This document shows positions 1 through 8,277 of a stretch of 64,000 nt of DNA, piece after piece. The position numbers were made by a program, and so were the translations under genes. How positions within the stretch are numbered: position 1 is the first letter of the stretch; every line of letters starts with the position of its first letter. Source of the DNA: a virus; IMG/VR virus record IMGVR_UViG_3300045988_157568; one strand, 5' to 3'. The notes below the pieces were generated by a model. It saw only the letters and a program-made list of their open reading frames with translations, did no database searches and was not told the origin of the DNA.

Positions 1-164
1 CCAAAGCCAAACTCTGTATGTAAAACATAAGCAGGTATTACAGTAAGCATTTCTAAAGCATTTGCTGATACCTTTAAACGTAAATCATCTGTCGCTTTAG
101 CTATCTCACGTTGTAATACTGCATTATTGTTTGGACGCTTACCCCTTTTCTTTCTCTTTGCCAT
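1..164 (-). CDS. hypothetical protein, 5' portion only (runs off left edge)
   Basis: ATG at 164 (MAKRKKRGKRPNNNAVLQREIAK...) stays open to position 1. A GGGGTGA Shine-Dalgarno-like motif lies just upstream. Same strand as all neighbours. Confidence 0.4.
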   Translation of the reverse strand, partial: MAKRKKRGKRPNNNAVLQREIAKATDDLRLKVSANALEMLTVIPAYVLHTEFGF

Positions 165-185
165 TGTACTTCACCCCACATAAGA

Positions 186-758
186 TTATTCTGATAAACT
201 TATTATAGCAAAATTGTTCCGTTTAGGCAAATGGCACTTTACCTCGTCCAGTCGTTGCAGATAGCTTTTATAATACCACTTAATTTCTGACTCAAAAGTT
301 TTAACCGCCTGCTCACAAAGCTCTTTTGACGTGAAATAAATCGTACCAAAATCACGAACACGAACTGAGTCAAGTACAAGAATTGTATCATTAGAATAAT
401 TGTAAGTAAAGTACCACTTAGACATTGTACTTTCTTTCCAATCTTTACTGGTTATTGCTCTATCGTTGTCTGCCTGAAATTTTCGCAACATATTTTTAAG
501 AGTAGTAGCTCTATTTACACATTGTGCAATTTCCTCGGAAGTAAAATAATTACCGCTATCGAACAATACTACATCATCATAATAACTGTCTTCTGTTAGG
601 TTCATTACCCCATTACTTGATACTACATAATAGGTTTCACCACTTCTTGCTCTCTCATAGCCAGTTAAATTAGACTTTATAAGCCCTAATTTAGTCGCTT
701 TTTCTTTTGAAATATTGATAAAATCTATCTTACCATTCACTTTTATTCTAAATTTCAT
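186..758 (-). CDS. hypothetical protein, tandem paralog of 748-1329
   Basis: 190-aa ORF. It shares with the adjacent ORF an N-terminal I.V(K/N)(A/G)K.G...(I/L).I(S/T).E(K/Q)A..LGL motif and a C-terminal YF(T/S)S.E.C..A...F...I.WY motif. Confidence 0.6.
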   Translation of the reverse strand: MKFRIKVNGKIDFINISKEKATKLGLIKSNLTGYERARSGETYYVVSSNGVMNLTEDSYYDDVVLFDSGNYFTSEEIAQCVNRATTLKNMLRKFQADNDRAITSKDWKESTMSKWYFTYNYSNDTILVLDSVRVRDFGTIYFTSKELCEQAVKTFESEIKWYYKSYLQRLDEVKCHLPKRNNFAIISLSE

Positions 759-1329
759 CTTTCTCTATCCTTTCTGTATAACCGATATGTGTTTTACCTT
801 GAAATTTATTAAAGTACCAATCTATATCTTCCTTAAATTCTTGAATAGCTTCGTTGCATTTTTCTGCTGATGAAAAATAAACTTGACTTATCATATCATA
901 CTCAAAGGATTGTGCTCTTGCTACATAGGTACATCTATCATAGCCTGTTTCCTTTGAAATTACCCACCTAATTTTAGGTTGTTCATTTGGGTTATATGTC
1001 GATATTGGTTTATCATTAAGGGCTTGCCATTGCAATAATTTTAAATATATCATTACTGCTTTTAACACCTTATTGGCAAACTGCTTATTATTAAAATAAT
1101 TTGCGTAGCTGTATAATGTATCAGCGTCAATAGTATGGTTATCTACCGACTTCTTAACAGCTAAATCTATATAAAAATAAGGTTGGTTGTAAGCAACTCT
1201 ACTAAAGCCTGTATCATATAGAGGTTTACCCTCTGCTGACAACCCTAAATAGTTTGCTTGCTCGTCTGTTATGTCTAAGCGTGTTATGCTTCCGTCCTTT
1301 GCCTTTACTGATATTTCCATTGAAATCAC
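748..1329 (-). CDS. hypothetical protein, tandem paralog of 186-758
   Basis: 193-aa ORF with the same architecture as 186-758. The start is uncertain because it overlaps the tail of the methyltransferase frame. Confidence 0.55.
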   Translation of the reverse strand: MISMEISVKAKDGSITRLDITDEQANYLGLSAEGKPLYDTGFSRVAYNQPYFYIDLAVKKSVDNHTIDADTLYSYANYFNNKQFANKVLKAVMIYLKLLQWQALNDKPISTYNPNEQPKIRWVISKETGYDRCTYVARAQSFEYDMISQVYFSSAEKCNEAIQEFKEDIDWYFNKFQGKTHIGYTERIEKDEI

Positions 1330-1999
1330 CTACTCTCTTTATTCCTTTAAAGATGTGCTTTATAACTTCTATTGTCCAACCGTCACCACACATATTGTAT
1401 ATGTGAGAGTCAGCTACATTCATCTTGTACCAATCAGGTATTGTCTGCAACTTCCTATACTCGTTTGGAGTAAGTTTTCTACACCTGTTTCTATCCAAAA
1501 TTTTCTTCTGTGTATTTCCACCCCGACAGCCTGTCAAAGTAGGACTTTTAAAATTGATGTTATTAACTCTTTTCAGAATATCGTGTCCATTAATATGTAA
1601 GGTGGCTATAACTTTCTTACTGTTACCGTGAAAGTCAAAACCCTGCTCATAGAAATATTTTTCAGGCACATCTTTATCCATTATATCCTTTATTACCTGC
1701 TTACTGGCTAAAGGTAATGGAGCGATAGGTATGTTTGTCCAATACAAACGCTTTCTATCTTGTGCCGAAAATATATTGCTGTCAATTAAACGAGGTTTAA
1801 CACCAATCACTTTTGTTATCTTAGCTATATCAGTCTTATTATTACTGTCCACATTCTCAATCATAAAGAGAACGTCAGGGTTATTATTCGCCTTTATCCA
1901 TTGTAGTATAGCATTACAGGGATAGAATAACCACGATACACCTTTTAAGCCATTATTATATTCTTTCGCCCTGCCGTTGCCTTTGAAAGTGAACAGCAA
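1226..1999 (-). CDS. dcm: DNA (cytosine-5)-methyltransferase, C-terminal fragment (motifs VI-X)
   Basis: Contains FMIENV (ENV motif VI), QDRKR, TLTGCRGG and GDGWT (motif X-like GNGW). The frame differs from the N-terminal fragment. Confidence 0.7.
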   Translation of the reverse strand: MLFTFKGNGRAKEYNNGLKGVSWLFYPCNAILQWIKANNNPDVLFMIENVDSNNKTDIAKITKVIGVKPRLIDSNIFSAQDRKRLYWTNIPIAPLPLASKQVIKDIMDKDVPEKYFYEQGFDFHGNSKKVIATLHINGHDILKRVNNINFKSPTLTGCRGGNTQKKILDRNRCRKLTPNEYRKLQTIPDWYKMNVADSHIYNMCGDGWTIEVIKHIFKGIKRVGDFNGNISKGKGRKHNTLRHNRRASKLFRVVSRG

Positions 2000-2262
2000 G
2001 GACTTCCGAATATAACTAAATCAATCTTAGGTAGGTTACTTAGAGCGTCACCTTTGACAATAAGTTCGTCATCAACTTCTTCAACAAAGTTCATAACGTC
2101 ACCTATTTGTATGGTATCAGGGAAGTTATCTTGTGTAACCTTTATTGCGTTCTTATCAATTTCACTTGCAAAATATTTATTGATTTTGTAACCGCTTTCA
2201 ATTAAAGCAATCTGTCCACAACTCATTCCGTCACACAAGCTCAACACATTTAAAGGTTTCAT
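1945..2262 (-). CDS. dcm: DNA (cytosine-5)-methyltransferase, N-terminal fragment (motifs I-IV)
   Basis: Contains LSLCDGMSCGQIAL (motif I-like) and FGSPC (catalytic PC, motif IV). The frame terminates 17 codons after PC, while the rest of the enzyme continues in another frame. Confidence 0.7.
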   Translation of the reverse strand: MKPLNVLSLCDGMSCGQIALIESGYKINKYFASEIDKNAIKVTQDNFPDTIQIGDVMNFVEEVDDELIVKGDALSNLPKIDLVIFGSPCCSLSKATAGRKNIIMA

Positions 2263-2280
2263 ATACTGTTTAGCCCCTTT

Positions 2281-2472
2281 CTAACTTAGTCGAATAAATA
2301 CACCATTCTTAGCACGCTCCCTTGAGGTACTTGTTAAATAGGTTATCTCATCTATGGGTACTCCACCTTCTTCACCATATATGTCATCTGGGTAGATAAC
2401 AGCTACTTCTGTATCGCAAGGAAATGTATTTAAAATATCAACCATTTCTTTAACCGTCATTTTATCCCTCAT
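2281..2472 (-). CDS. hypothetical protein
   Basis: 63-aa ORF in a tightly packed minus-strand gene array. Its start overlaps the upstream stop by 4 nt. Confidence 0.5.
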   Translation of the reverse strand: MRDKMTVKEMVDILNTFPCDTEVAVIYPDDIYGEEGGVPIDEITYLTSTSRERAKNGVFIRLS

Positions 2473-2801
2473 TCTGCAATAACTATTTCTATATCATCTT
2501 TGTCATTACTTTTTCTTAATAGGGACGTGTTATATTCTTTGACTGCTTCAATGTAGCGAGCCAGCGCTTCTTTTGCTCCTTCTACATTACTGTACTCACG
2601 AGGTGCAATACTGTCATCATATTCTTTTGCACGACCTCTTACATATATAATAGCTGGTGTTAGTTCTGGACTACTTATACTTTTAACCTCAATCCCATTA
2701 GACGCACAAAATTTAAAATCCCCTCGTTTAATCCCATCTCCCTGCTCCAGCACTTTCATTAACAATACATTTTCGACTCTCCAAAATTTAATTTTTAACA
2801 T
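2469..2801 (-). CDS. hypothetical protein
   Basis: 110-aa ORF, tightly spaced (2 nt) after the upstream gene (2804-2995) and overlapping the next gene by 4 nt. Confidence 0.5.
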   Translation of the reverse strand: MLKIKFWRVENVLLMKVLEQGDGIKRGDFKFCASNGIEVKSISSPELTPAIIYVRGRAKEYDDSIAPREYSNVEGAKEALARYIEAVKEYNTSLLRKSNDKDDIEIVIAE

Positions 2802-2803
2802 TT

Positions 2804-2995
2804 TTACATCTCCTCCTTACTTCTCAACCTTTTCAATTCTTTTTTACCTTCTGCCGACAAGTCGTTTTCGTCTTTAATATTATTAAGACACGATATTACT
2901 CTGTCATTCATCATAACTTGAAAATTTTCGTTCTTCGGTAATAGGCACTCTGTTTCTCCTTTATGGAATACGCATTTTTTGCAGTTACAAATCAT
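2804..2995 (-). CDS. hypothetical small Cys-containing protein
   Basis: 63-aa ORF beginning MICNCKKCVFHKGETEC (CxC..C....C). Confidence 0.45.
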   Translation of the reverse strand: MICNCKKCVFHKGETECLLPKNENFQVMMNDRVISCLNNIKDENDLSAEGKKELKRLRSKEEM

Positions 2996-3059
2996 TTTAA
3001 TTCCCCTTTCCGTATTCTTTTATAACTATATTAAGTTGTCTCTCCTTAACTTATAGTAT

Positions 3060-3707
3060 TTAGCTCAAATCACTTTTTAACTTTAGTGTTCTCAACAACT
3101 TTCCGTCAGCAATATCGTTTACCTTGTCAGTAGGTATATCAAGTAGATACTGTATTTGTGATAGCATAACAAGAACATCTGAAAATTTCTCTGTTATGCT
3201 ATCCATTACTGTGTAAAATGGCTTTCTTACTGGTTGTCCTTTGCCTTTATAACGCATATACTTTGTTAAAGATTGAGTTAATTCGCTCATTTCTTCAATA
3301 AGTAAAAATACCTGTGCGTCACCGTATGTATCAGCAATTTCTCTCCACCCTTTTGCAGATGTCAAACCAATAAGTCCTAACGGATAAGTGTGTTTAGTTA
3401 AGTCCGAAGAGTAGATAGGGTTATCACCATACTTTGACTTAACACATTCTACTTCTGTTTCAAGCAATTCATATTTCTTATGAAACACGTCTGGCTTACA
3501 AGGGTAGTATTCGCCACGCAATCCTCTTATAATGTAATCACCGACATTTGCTCGCATATCACCTTCAAGTGTTCTTATAACTGGAACACCTTCGACAATA
3601 TAGATATTTGTCTTTTCAGGTGTATTTGCAAACTGAATAATCTCTTGCATATTATCACCTGTCCACTCCATAGCATTTATTTCACAAGGTTTCGTTTTAT
3701 ACTTCAT
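3060..3707 (-). CDS. MazG-like nucleotide pyrophosphohydrolase with N-terminal phage domain
   Basis: The C-terminal half carries the paired acidic helices LIEEMSELTQSL and EKFSDVLVMLSQIQYLLDI typical of MazG/all-alpha NTP-PPases. The N-terminal ~85 aa are an unrelated small domain. Confidence 0.55.
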   Translation of the reverse strand: MKYKTKPCEINAMEWTGDNMQEIIQFANTPEKTNIYIVEGVPVIRTLEGDMRANVGDYIIRGLRGEYYPCKPDVFHKKYELLETEVECVKSKYGDNPIYSSDLTKHTYPLGLIGLTSAKGWREIADTYGDAQVFLLIEEMSELTQSLTKYMRYKGKGQPVRKPFYTVMDSITEKFSDVLVMLSQIQYLLDIPTDKVNDIADGKLLRTLKLKSDLS

Positions 3708-3725
3708 CTATAATCTTCCTTTCTA

Positions 3726-3908
3726 TTAATAATTTCGTTCTTCACAAGCAGATGTTTCTTTAGCTTCCTTTTCCCAAGAATATTCCCAAGTGGAGTTAAA
3801 CACTCTCCTACCACACATTGCATAAAGCCCTGTACAGTAAACCCTTAGATATTTACAACCAAAACAACTCTTATTACTTATACTTTGCATTGCTCTCACT
3901 CTTTTCAA
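3726..3908 (-). CDS. hypothetical small Cys-rich protein
   Basis: 60-aa ORF containing CFGCKYLRVYCTGLYAMC. Confidence 0.4.
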   Translation of the reverse strand: MKRVRAMQSISNKSCFGCKYLRVYCTGLYAMCGRRVFNSTWEYSWEKEAKETSACEERNY

Positions 3909-3946
3909 AAGATAACATTCCTGTTTCGGTTAATGTTATCGTTTCA

Positions 3947-4549
3947 TTAATCTTTATCTATACTGCTCCAATCAAGTCGTTGCCCACAATCAGGGCAGAA
4001 ATTACATTTGTCCGAATAGTCCAACTCAAACATATGTCGACAAGTAGGGCAATAGCCAGTGTCAAATACTATTCCACATTCATCATAGCCGTCACCTTCA
4101 AGGTCAGGAACATCTGGTTTATTCCTTTTAATCATATCAGCAAAATCAACATAATCTTTGTCAGGGATTGCAACAGTAACCACCTTATCATTGCTATTAA
4201 ACATAAGTTGAATTGACCGCAAACTTTCAAGAGGTAATTTATTAAGAGCATTACCATACCTTACACTCTCTTGTAAATCTCTTATCAAAGTAAATCTCTC
4301 AAAGCCTCTTACTGCAAGTGCATAAGTAGAATATAATTCAAATTGAGGAAAAACGTTATTGCAAGGCACAAAAACACCGTTAGTATTTTGTGAAAACTGT
4401 CCCATATGGCTTGTTTCAATATACTTTCTGCCAACTCGTGTAACAGGTATAGTTTCAATTTTACCATACTTTTCTGAATACCTATCCACATTTAAAAGAA
4501 AAGCGTCAGTTCCAGCTTTAAAATTCTTTATTGTTTGCACGTTTCTCAC
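3947..4549 (-). CDS. hypothetical protein with C-terminal zinc ribbon
   Basis: 200-aa ORF. The C-terminus has CPTCRH...CNFCPDCG (two CxxC pairs). Confidence 0.5.
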   Translation of the reverse strand: MRNVQTIKNFKAGTDAFLLNVDRYSEKYGKIETIPVTRVGRKYIETSHMGQFSQNTNGVFVPCNNVFPQFELYSTYALAVRGFERFTLIRDLQESVRYGNALNKLPLESLRSIQLMFNSNDKVVTVAIPDKDYVDFADMIKRNKPDVPDLEGDGYDECGIVFDTGYCPTCRHMFELDYSDKCNFCPDCGQRLDWSSIDKD

Positions 4550-4841
4550 ACTCCCTTCTCAGTGTTTCTGTAAATTCTTCTTGTGACATTTTATCACTAT
4601 CACCCTTATAAGTGATTTTTCTACTGTCATCAAAGCGTTGCTTATTTGGAGAGTTACGCAACTGTCTTTCAAATAATTGTCTTTGTCTACGCATATATTC
4701 GATATTGTTTTCGAGCATATGCTTTTGTATTTCTTTTGAAGTCTTTACATTATGAAACATAACATTTACGCCAATTATAATAACAAATAAAGCGAAAAGA
4801 AATAAAAAGACCCCTAAAGTAATACATAAGATTTTAAGCAT
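4518..4841 (-). CDS. membrane-anchored coiled-coil protein
   Basis: ATG at 4841 overlaps the upstream stop (ATGCTTAA). There is one N-terminal TM helix (ILCITLGVFLFLFALFVIIIGV). The track start at 4910 is probably too early. Confidence 0.5.
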   Translation of the reverse strand: MLKILCITLGVFLFLFALFVIIIGVNVMFHNVKTSKEIQKHMLENNIEYMRRQRQLFERQLRNSPNKQRFDDSRKITYKGDSDKMSQEEFTETLRRECEKRANNKEF

Positions 4842-5232
4842 TGCCACTACCTTCTTTCTGACGTTTGTTCTTGTAACACTCTCTTTTATATGCGGCCTCT
4901 TTTTCAGCACAAGCTATGCACATACGTTGTGTTCTTTCAAGTGGTAGAGGTTCACCACACTTAACACATAAATGATTTTCAATTCTTTCAGCACGAGTTT
5001 TTTTAGCCCATTTACGCTTACCTGCTCTTACGGCATATAACTTTTCAGGCGACTCTTTATAGTTTCGGGCATTATTTGCCTTTCTTCTATCCTTACACTC
5101 TCTGCACGTTAAACTTCCTTCTTCTGCTGGACGCTTATGGCAGTTAGTACAGATACCGTCTTTCTTATTCTTTTCATACCTGTCTTTTCTGTATTTTTTA
5201 TAATAGTCACTGTATTGTTGATAATCTGACAT
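4834..5232 (-). CDS. zinc-ribbon protein (duplicated CxxC...CxxC modules)
   Basis: Contains CTNCHKRP...CRECKDR and CVKCGEPL...CIACAEK repeats in a basic protein. Confidence 0.5.
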   Translation of the reverse strand: MSDYQQYSDYYKKYRKDRYEKNKKDGICTNCHKRPAEEGSLTCRECKDRRKANNARNYKESPEKLYAVRAGKRKWAKKTRAERIENHLCVKCGEPLPLERTQRMCIACAEKEAAYKRECYKNKRQKEGSGNA

Positions 5233-5237
5233 ATTGA

Positions 5238-5897
5238 TTACTCTCCATTCTTTTTAATTCCTGCAACCGTAAAATCGTCCAATGAAGGGTGATTTACCTT
5301 TGTATACATAGCACACACTATATTCCACAAAAATGCAATGTTATGTGGTTCATCTTCCAATCCCACCATTACCTTTGTTAAGTGCCTTAAAGCACTGTCT
5401 ATAAAGCTATGTAAAGGTAAACCTTTTTCCCAGTTTCTTGCTTCATACTTCAATGCCCCATTCTCATAATGTTTTGCCAACTCCCAAAGAGTGTTAAAGA
5501 AAAAGGTAGTGTACTCACTGTTAAGTGCCTGTATGCTATCCAACTTTACACCCGACTTATAAGCGTTTAGAATTACGCCTAAATGAAACGTTGACAGTAG
5601 CGTTTGATAACTACCCAATTTTCTGAACAAATTTAATTGAAAATATATCTGTGCTATAATTCTTACTTCAAGCTCATCTAACTCCCCCTTTTTTGGTGGA
5701 CGTTCTTCAATAAGCAATGTCCTAAAAATCGCATTATAGTCATCAACATTAAGTTGAGTAACTATATTTGATATTTCTGCTAAAGGTAATAAGTCAAACC
5801 TACCTTTACCCTGTACAATTTCTCTCATTGCACCTGTTTCAAAATGTGTTCTTTCACCACTATCTTGAAGTGGTGTTTTAGCTTTTATCTTATTCAT
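5238..5897 (-). CDS. all-alpha NTP pyrophosphohydrolase-like protein (dATP/dGTP diphosphohydrolase-type N- and C-terminal motifs)
   Basis: DSGERTHFETGAMREIVQGKGRFDLLP at the N-terminus and RNWEKGLPLHSFIDSALRHL...EDEPHNIAFLWN near the C-terminus match, from memory, the widespread phage DSGKR..F.TGA.RD...GKGR.DL / RNWEKG...DSA.RH signature. About 95 aa are inserted between them. Confidence 0.5.
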   Translation of the reverse strand: MNKIKAKTPLQDSGERTHFETGAMREIVQGKGRFDLLPLAEISNIVTQLNVDDYNAIFRTLLIEERPPKKGELDELEVRIIAQIYFQLNLFRKLGSYQTLLSTFHLGVILNAYKSGVKLDSIQALNSEYTTFFFNTLWELAKHYENGALKYEARNWEKGLPLHSFIDSALRHLTKVMVGLEDEPHNIAFLWNIVCAMYTKVNHPSLDDFTVAGIKKNGE

Positions 5898-5925
5898 TTT
5901 ATTATCGCTCCTTTACTGTAATTGC

Positions 5926-5954
5926 ATTATACACTCTTTTATCCCTGTTGTCAA
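5926..5954 (-). promoter_or_regulatory. sigma-70-type promoter TTGACA-17-TATAAT
   Basis: Minus strand: TTGACA (5954-5949), a 17-nt spacer, TATAAT (5931-5926). An AAAGGAG RBS and the ATG at 5897 follow. Confidence 0.6.
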
Positions 5955-5976
5955 ATAAGGAAAATCCTCACTCCAA

Positions 5977-6084
5977 CTAATAAGGTAGCCTTGCTAACCA
6001 ATATAAAAAACTAAGCATAATAAAAGTTATAAATATCGCAAGGATTAGCAACCCCAACATATACTCCCTAAACTTCTTACCCAC
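5977..6084 (-). CDS. possible small membrane protein (35 aa)
   Basis: GTG at 6084 sits after AGGTGA. The product is VGKKFREYMLGLLILAIFITFIMLSFLYWLARLPY, with a single hydrophobic helix. It is below the ORF-track cutoff. Confidence 0.3.
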   Translation of the reverse strand: MGKKFREYMLGLLILAIFITFIMLSFLYWLARLPY

Positions 6085-6092
6085 AATATCAC

Positions 6093-6614
6093 CTACATTC
6101 TTCCGACATTATGCAGACGAGTTTCTTCTGAAAAATCATTTGTCCTTCTTGTAACTTCCCTACTTAATAAGAATATTGCGTCATCAATATTCTCAATTTG
6201 CAATCTAAGGATTGACAATTTCTTTGTCAAGTCAATGTATTCTTCATATAAAGGTTTTACTTGTGGCTCTTGTACCACAAGTCTTTCCTTTGCTGACTCT
6301 GCCATTTTAGCAGGTAAGTCTTTATAATATTCTATACTTAATTCAAGGTACTTTCTCTTTGCTTCTTCAACAAAGATTTCCATACGCCCGACTAAAGTAC
6401 GCATATACATCTTTTGTTGAGTGAAAGCATTGAGGTGTTCACCAAGTTGTTTTGCCGTCAACTCTGTTATTTGTGCAGGTAAGCTCAAATTATCTGAATT
6501 TATATGTAATGAATTATTGTCAGGCTCAAAGAGGGTTACACCCTTATCCTTTAGACTGCCTTCCATTCGTTGCATATAACTCTGACGTGCTTTTACAGGG
6601 TTAAATTTTGGCAT
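6093..6614 (-). CDS. hypothetical coiled-coil protein
   Basis: 173-aa ORF immediately downstream of the Cas4-like nuclease gene. Confidence 0.5.
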   Translation of the reverse strand: MPKFNPVKARQSYMQRMEGSLKDKGVTLFEPDNNSLHINSDNLSLPAQITELTAKQLGEHLNAFTQQKMYMRTLVGRMEIFVEEAKRKYLELSIEYYKDLPAKMAESAKERLVVQEPQVKPLYEEYIDLTKKLSILRLQIENIDDAIFLLSREVTRRTNDFSEETRLHNVGRM

Positions 6615-6628
6615 ACGTCATCACTCCT

Positions 6629-7564
6629 TTAATTCCAACAAGCAATTCTATAATTGCACCAACGGCAACAATCATCTGTCTTTTTACTTGCAATACGAGG
6701 TGGTACTTCACCTTTTGCAATATAATCGTTCAGGCTCTTATAATCATTAAGTATCTCTGTCATTAAGCCTTCCGCTTCTTTGCTCTTTGACGAAATAACA
6801 AACTCTTTCAAGTCCTGTGTGTTCTTATTCTCATAAAGAAATACTGCTTCTGTAACTGGCTGTTTCAAGCGATATAGAATATTATCAAACAGATTATGCA
6901 ACTGGCACTGATATTGTATCTTTTCTTCACGAGAATACTTTGAACCACCCTTTAGGTGCTGATACAACTCTGCATATTCGGCAAATCTCTTTGTCTTACT
7001 ACGCTTAAACTGTAAGATATTCTTATACCTTCTGTGCAACTCTTGTCTACGTTGCTCCGCACAATAAACATAAACAAGCCCCTGTCGCTTATGTTCAGGC
7101 TTAGGCTCTTTCAAAGAGCTAAAGCCCCTATCATTTATGGACTTGATTTCAAGAATGGCTATTCTTTCAGTATAACCCTTTTCATTCAAAGGTGTTAATG
7201 CAAGCACACCGTCAGTATGCCCCTGTATATTATACTCCACATTATGTACAGGTAGCTCGTCCATAAGTAGAATACCCATATCCTTTAGATACCCTTGCAA
7301 TCTTTCGTGTACCCCTGTACCATTGTCAAAGATACGTTGTGAACGAGGTGATATACTGTTAGGGTCAGCTTGTACACACTGTGTTCTTGCATAATATCTT
7401 TCACGAGGACATCTGCCGACTTGTGACGGAGCATTTACATCAATCGCTCTGTTTTCGTCTGCTTCATTAGCCTTTTTAGCTAAATACAAGTCCAAGTCTT
7501 TAATCACATACCCTTCATTTTTCATAGCGTCAAATAAATTCTTTAAAGCCATTTCTTGCACCAA
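6629..7564 (-). CDS. PD-(D/E)XK exonuclease, Cas4/RecB-like with Fe-S cysteine cluster
   Basis: One N-terminal Cys (GRCPRERYY) plus C-terminal CCRWCNYRIAC gives the C...CxxCx5C pattern. HTDGV and ILEIKS supply the D...ExK nuclease motifs. Confidence 0.7.
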   Translation of the reverse strand: MVQEMALKNLFDAMKNEGYVIKDLDLYLAKKANEADENRAIDVNAPSQVGRCPRERYYARTQCVQADPNSISPRSQRIFDNGTGVHERLQGYLKDMGILLMDELPVHNVEYNIQGHTDGVLALTPLNEKGYTERIAILEIKSINDRGFSSLKEPKPEHKRQGLVYVYCAEQRRQELHRRYKNILQFKRSKTKRFAEYAELYQHLKGGSKYSREEKIQYQCQLHNLFDNILYRLKQPVTEAVFLYENKNTQDLKEFVISSKSKEAEGLMTEILNDYKSLNDYIAKGEVPPRIASKKTDDCCRWCNYRIACWN

Positions 7565-7779
7565 CCTTCCTTAAATATGTTTATCAATCTTACACTTCTG
7601 TTCAGACTAAAATTGCCTAAAAGAAGTCCGATAACAGACAGCCACTCAAAAGCGGTAAATAGTATGTAACTTTTCTTAAAGCACACTATTGCATAGACTA
7701 TAACTGTTGCTACTGTAAATAATCTAAACAGCACACATAATATATTTGTTACTTTTATGTATCTCGATACATCTTTCAT
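7543..7779 (-). CDS. small membrane protein
   Basis: 78 aa with two predicted TM helices. Confidence 0.45.
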   Translation of the reverse strand: MKDVSRYIKVTNILCVLFRLFTVATVIVYAIVCFKKSYILFTAFEWLSVIGLLLGNFSLNRSVRLINIFKEGWCKKWL

Positions 7780-7780
7780 T

Positions 7781-8041
7781 TTATTTATCCTCCTTTTTCT
7801 TAAAGAAAATTCTTAGAAATACACGCATACCTACTAAGCGTATAATACCTGTGATAGTGCAAATAATTGCATTAATCATTGTCATATTAAAAGATAGCAC
7901 ATCTTTTTCTACAAAGAATATCGCCCCGAAAATAACCATTAGTGCACCTGCAAACATACAAAGTTTTTCACTCACATTGATGATAAGACTTAGGGTATAT
8001 AATTTCGTTGGTTTATCCATTACTCTGTCACCGCCCTGCAC
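7781..8041 (-). CDS. small membrane protein
   Basis: 86 aa with two to three hydrophobic helices. Confidence 0.45.
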   Translation of the reverse strand: MQGGDRVMDKPTKLYTLSLIINVSEKLCMFAGALMVIFGAIFFVEKDVLSFNMTMINAIICTITGIIRLVGMRVFLRIFFKKKEDK

Positions 8042-8277
8042 TTAAACACTGATGTGAATATAAATGTCATCTGTACTATCTGTAATATTATAAATGATAG
8101 TACACTGACAATATTATAGTTTAAACCGAGTGTTTTATTAAGTAGCCACCCCATAAATACACTTATGCCGACAATAACCACTGACATAAGTGCTATGATT
8201 ATAAGTAGAGCAAAAAGTATCTTACTTACATATGCAATATTAAATTCATCTCTGTTCATTATTAATTTCCTCCACAC
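8020..8277 (-). CDS. small membrane protein
   Basis: 85 aa with two TM helices. Overlaps both neighbours. Confidence 0.45.
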   Translation of the reverse strand: MWRKLIMNRDEFNIAYVSKILFALLIIIALMSVVIVGISVFMGWLLNKTLGLNYNIVSVLSFIILQIVQMTFIFTSVFKCRAVTE

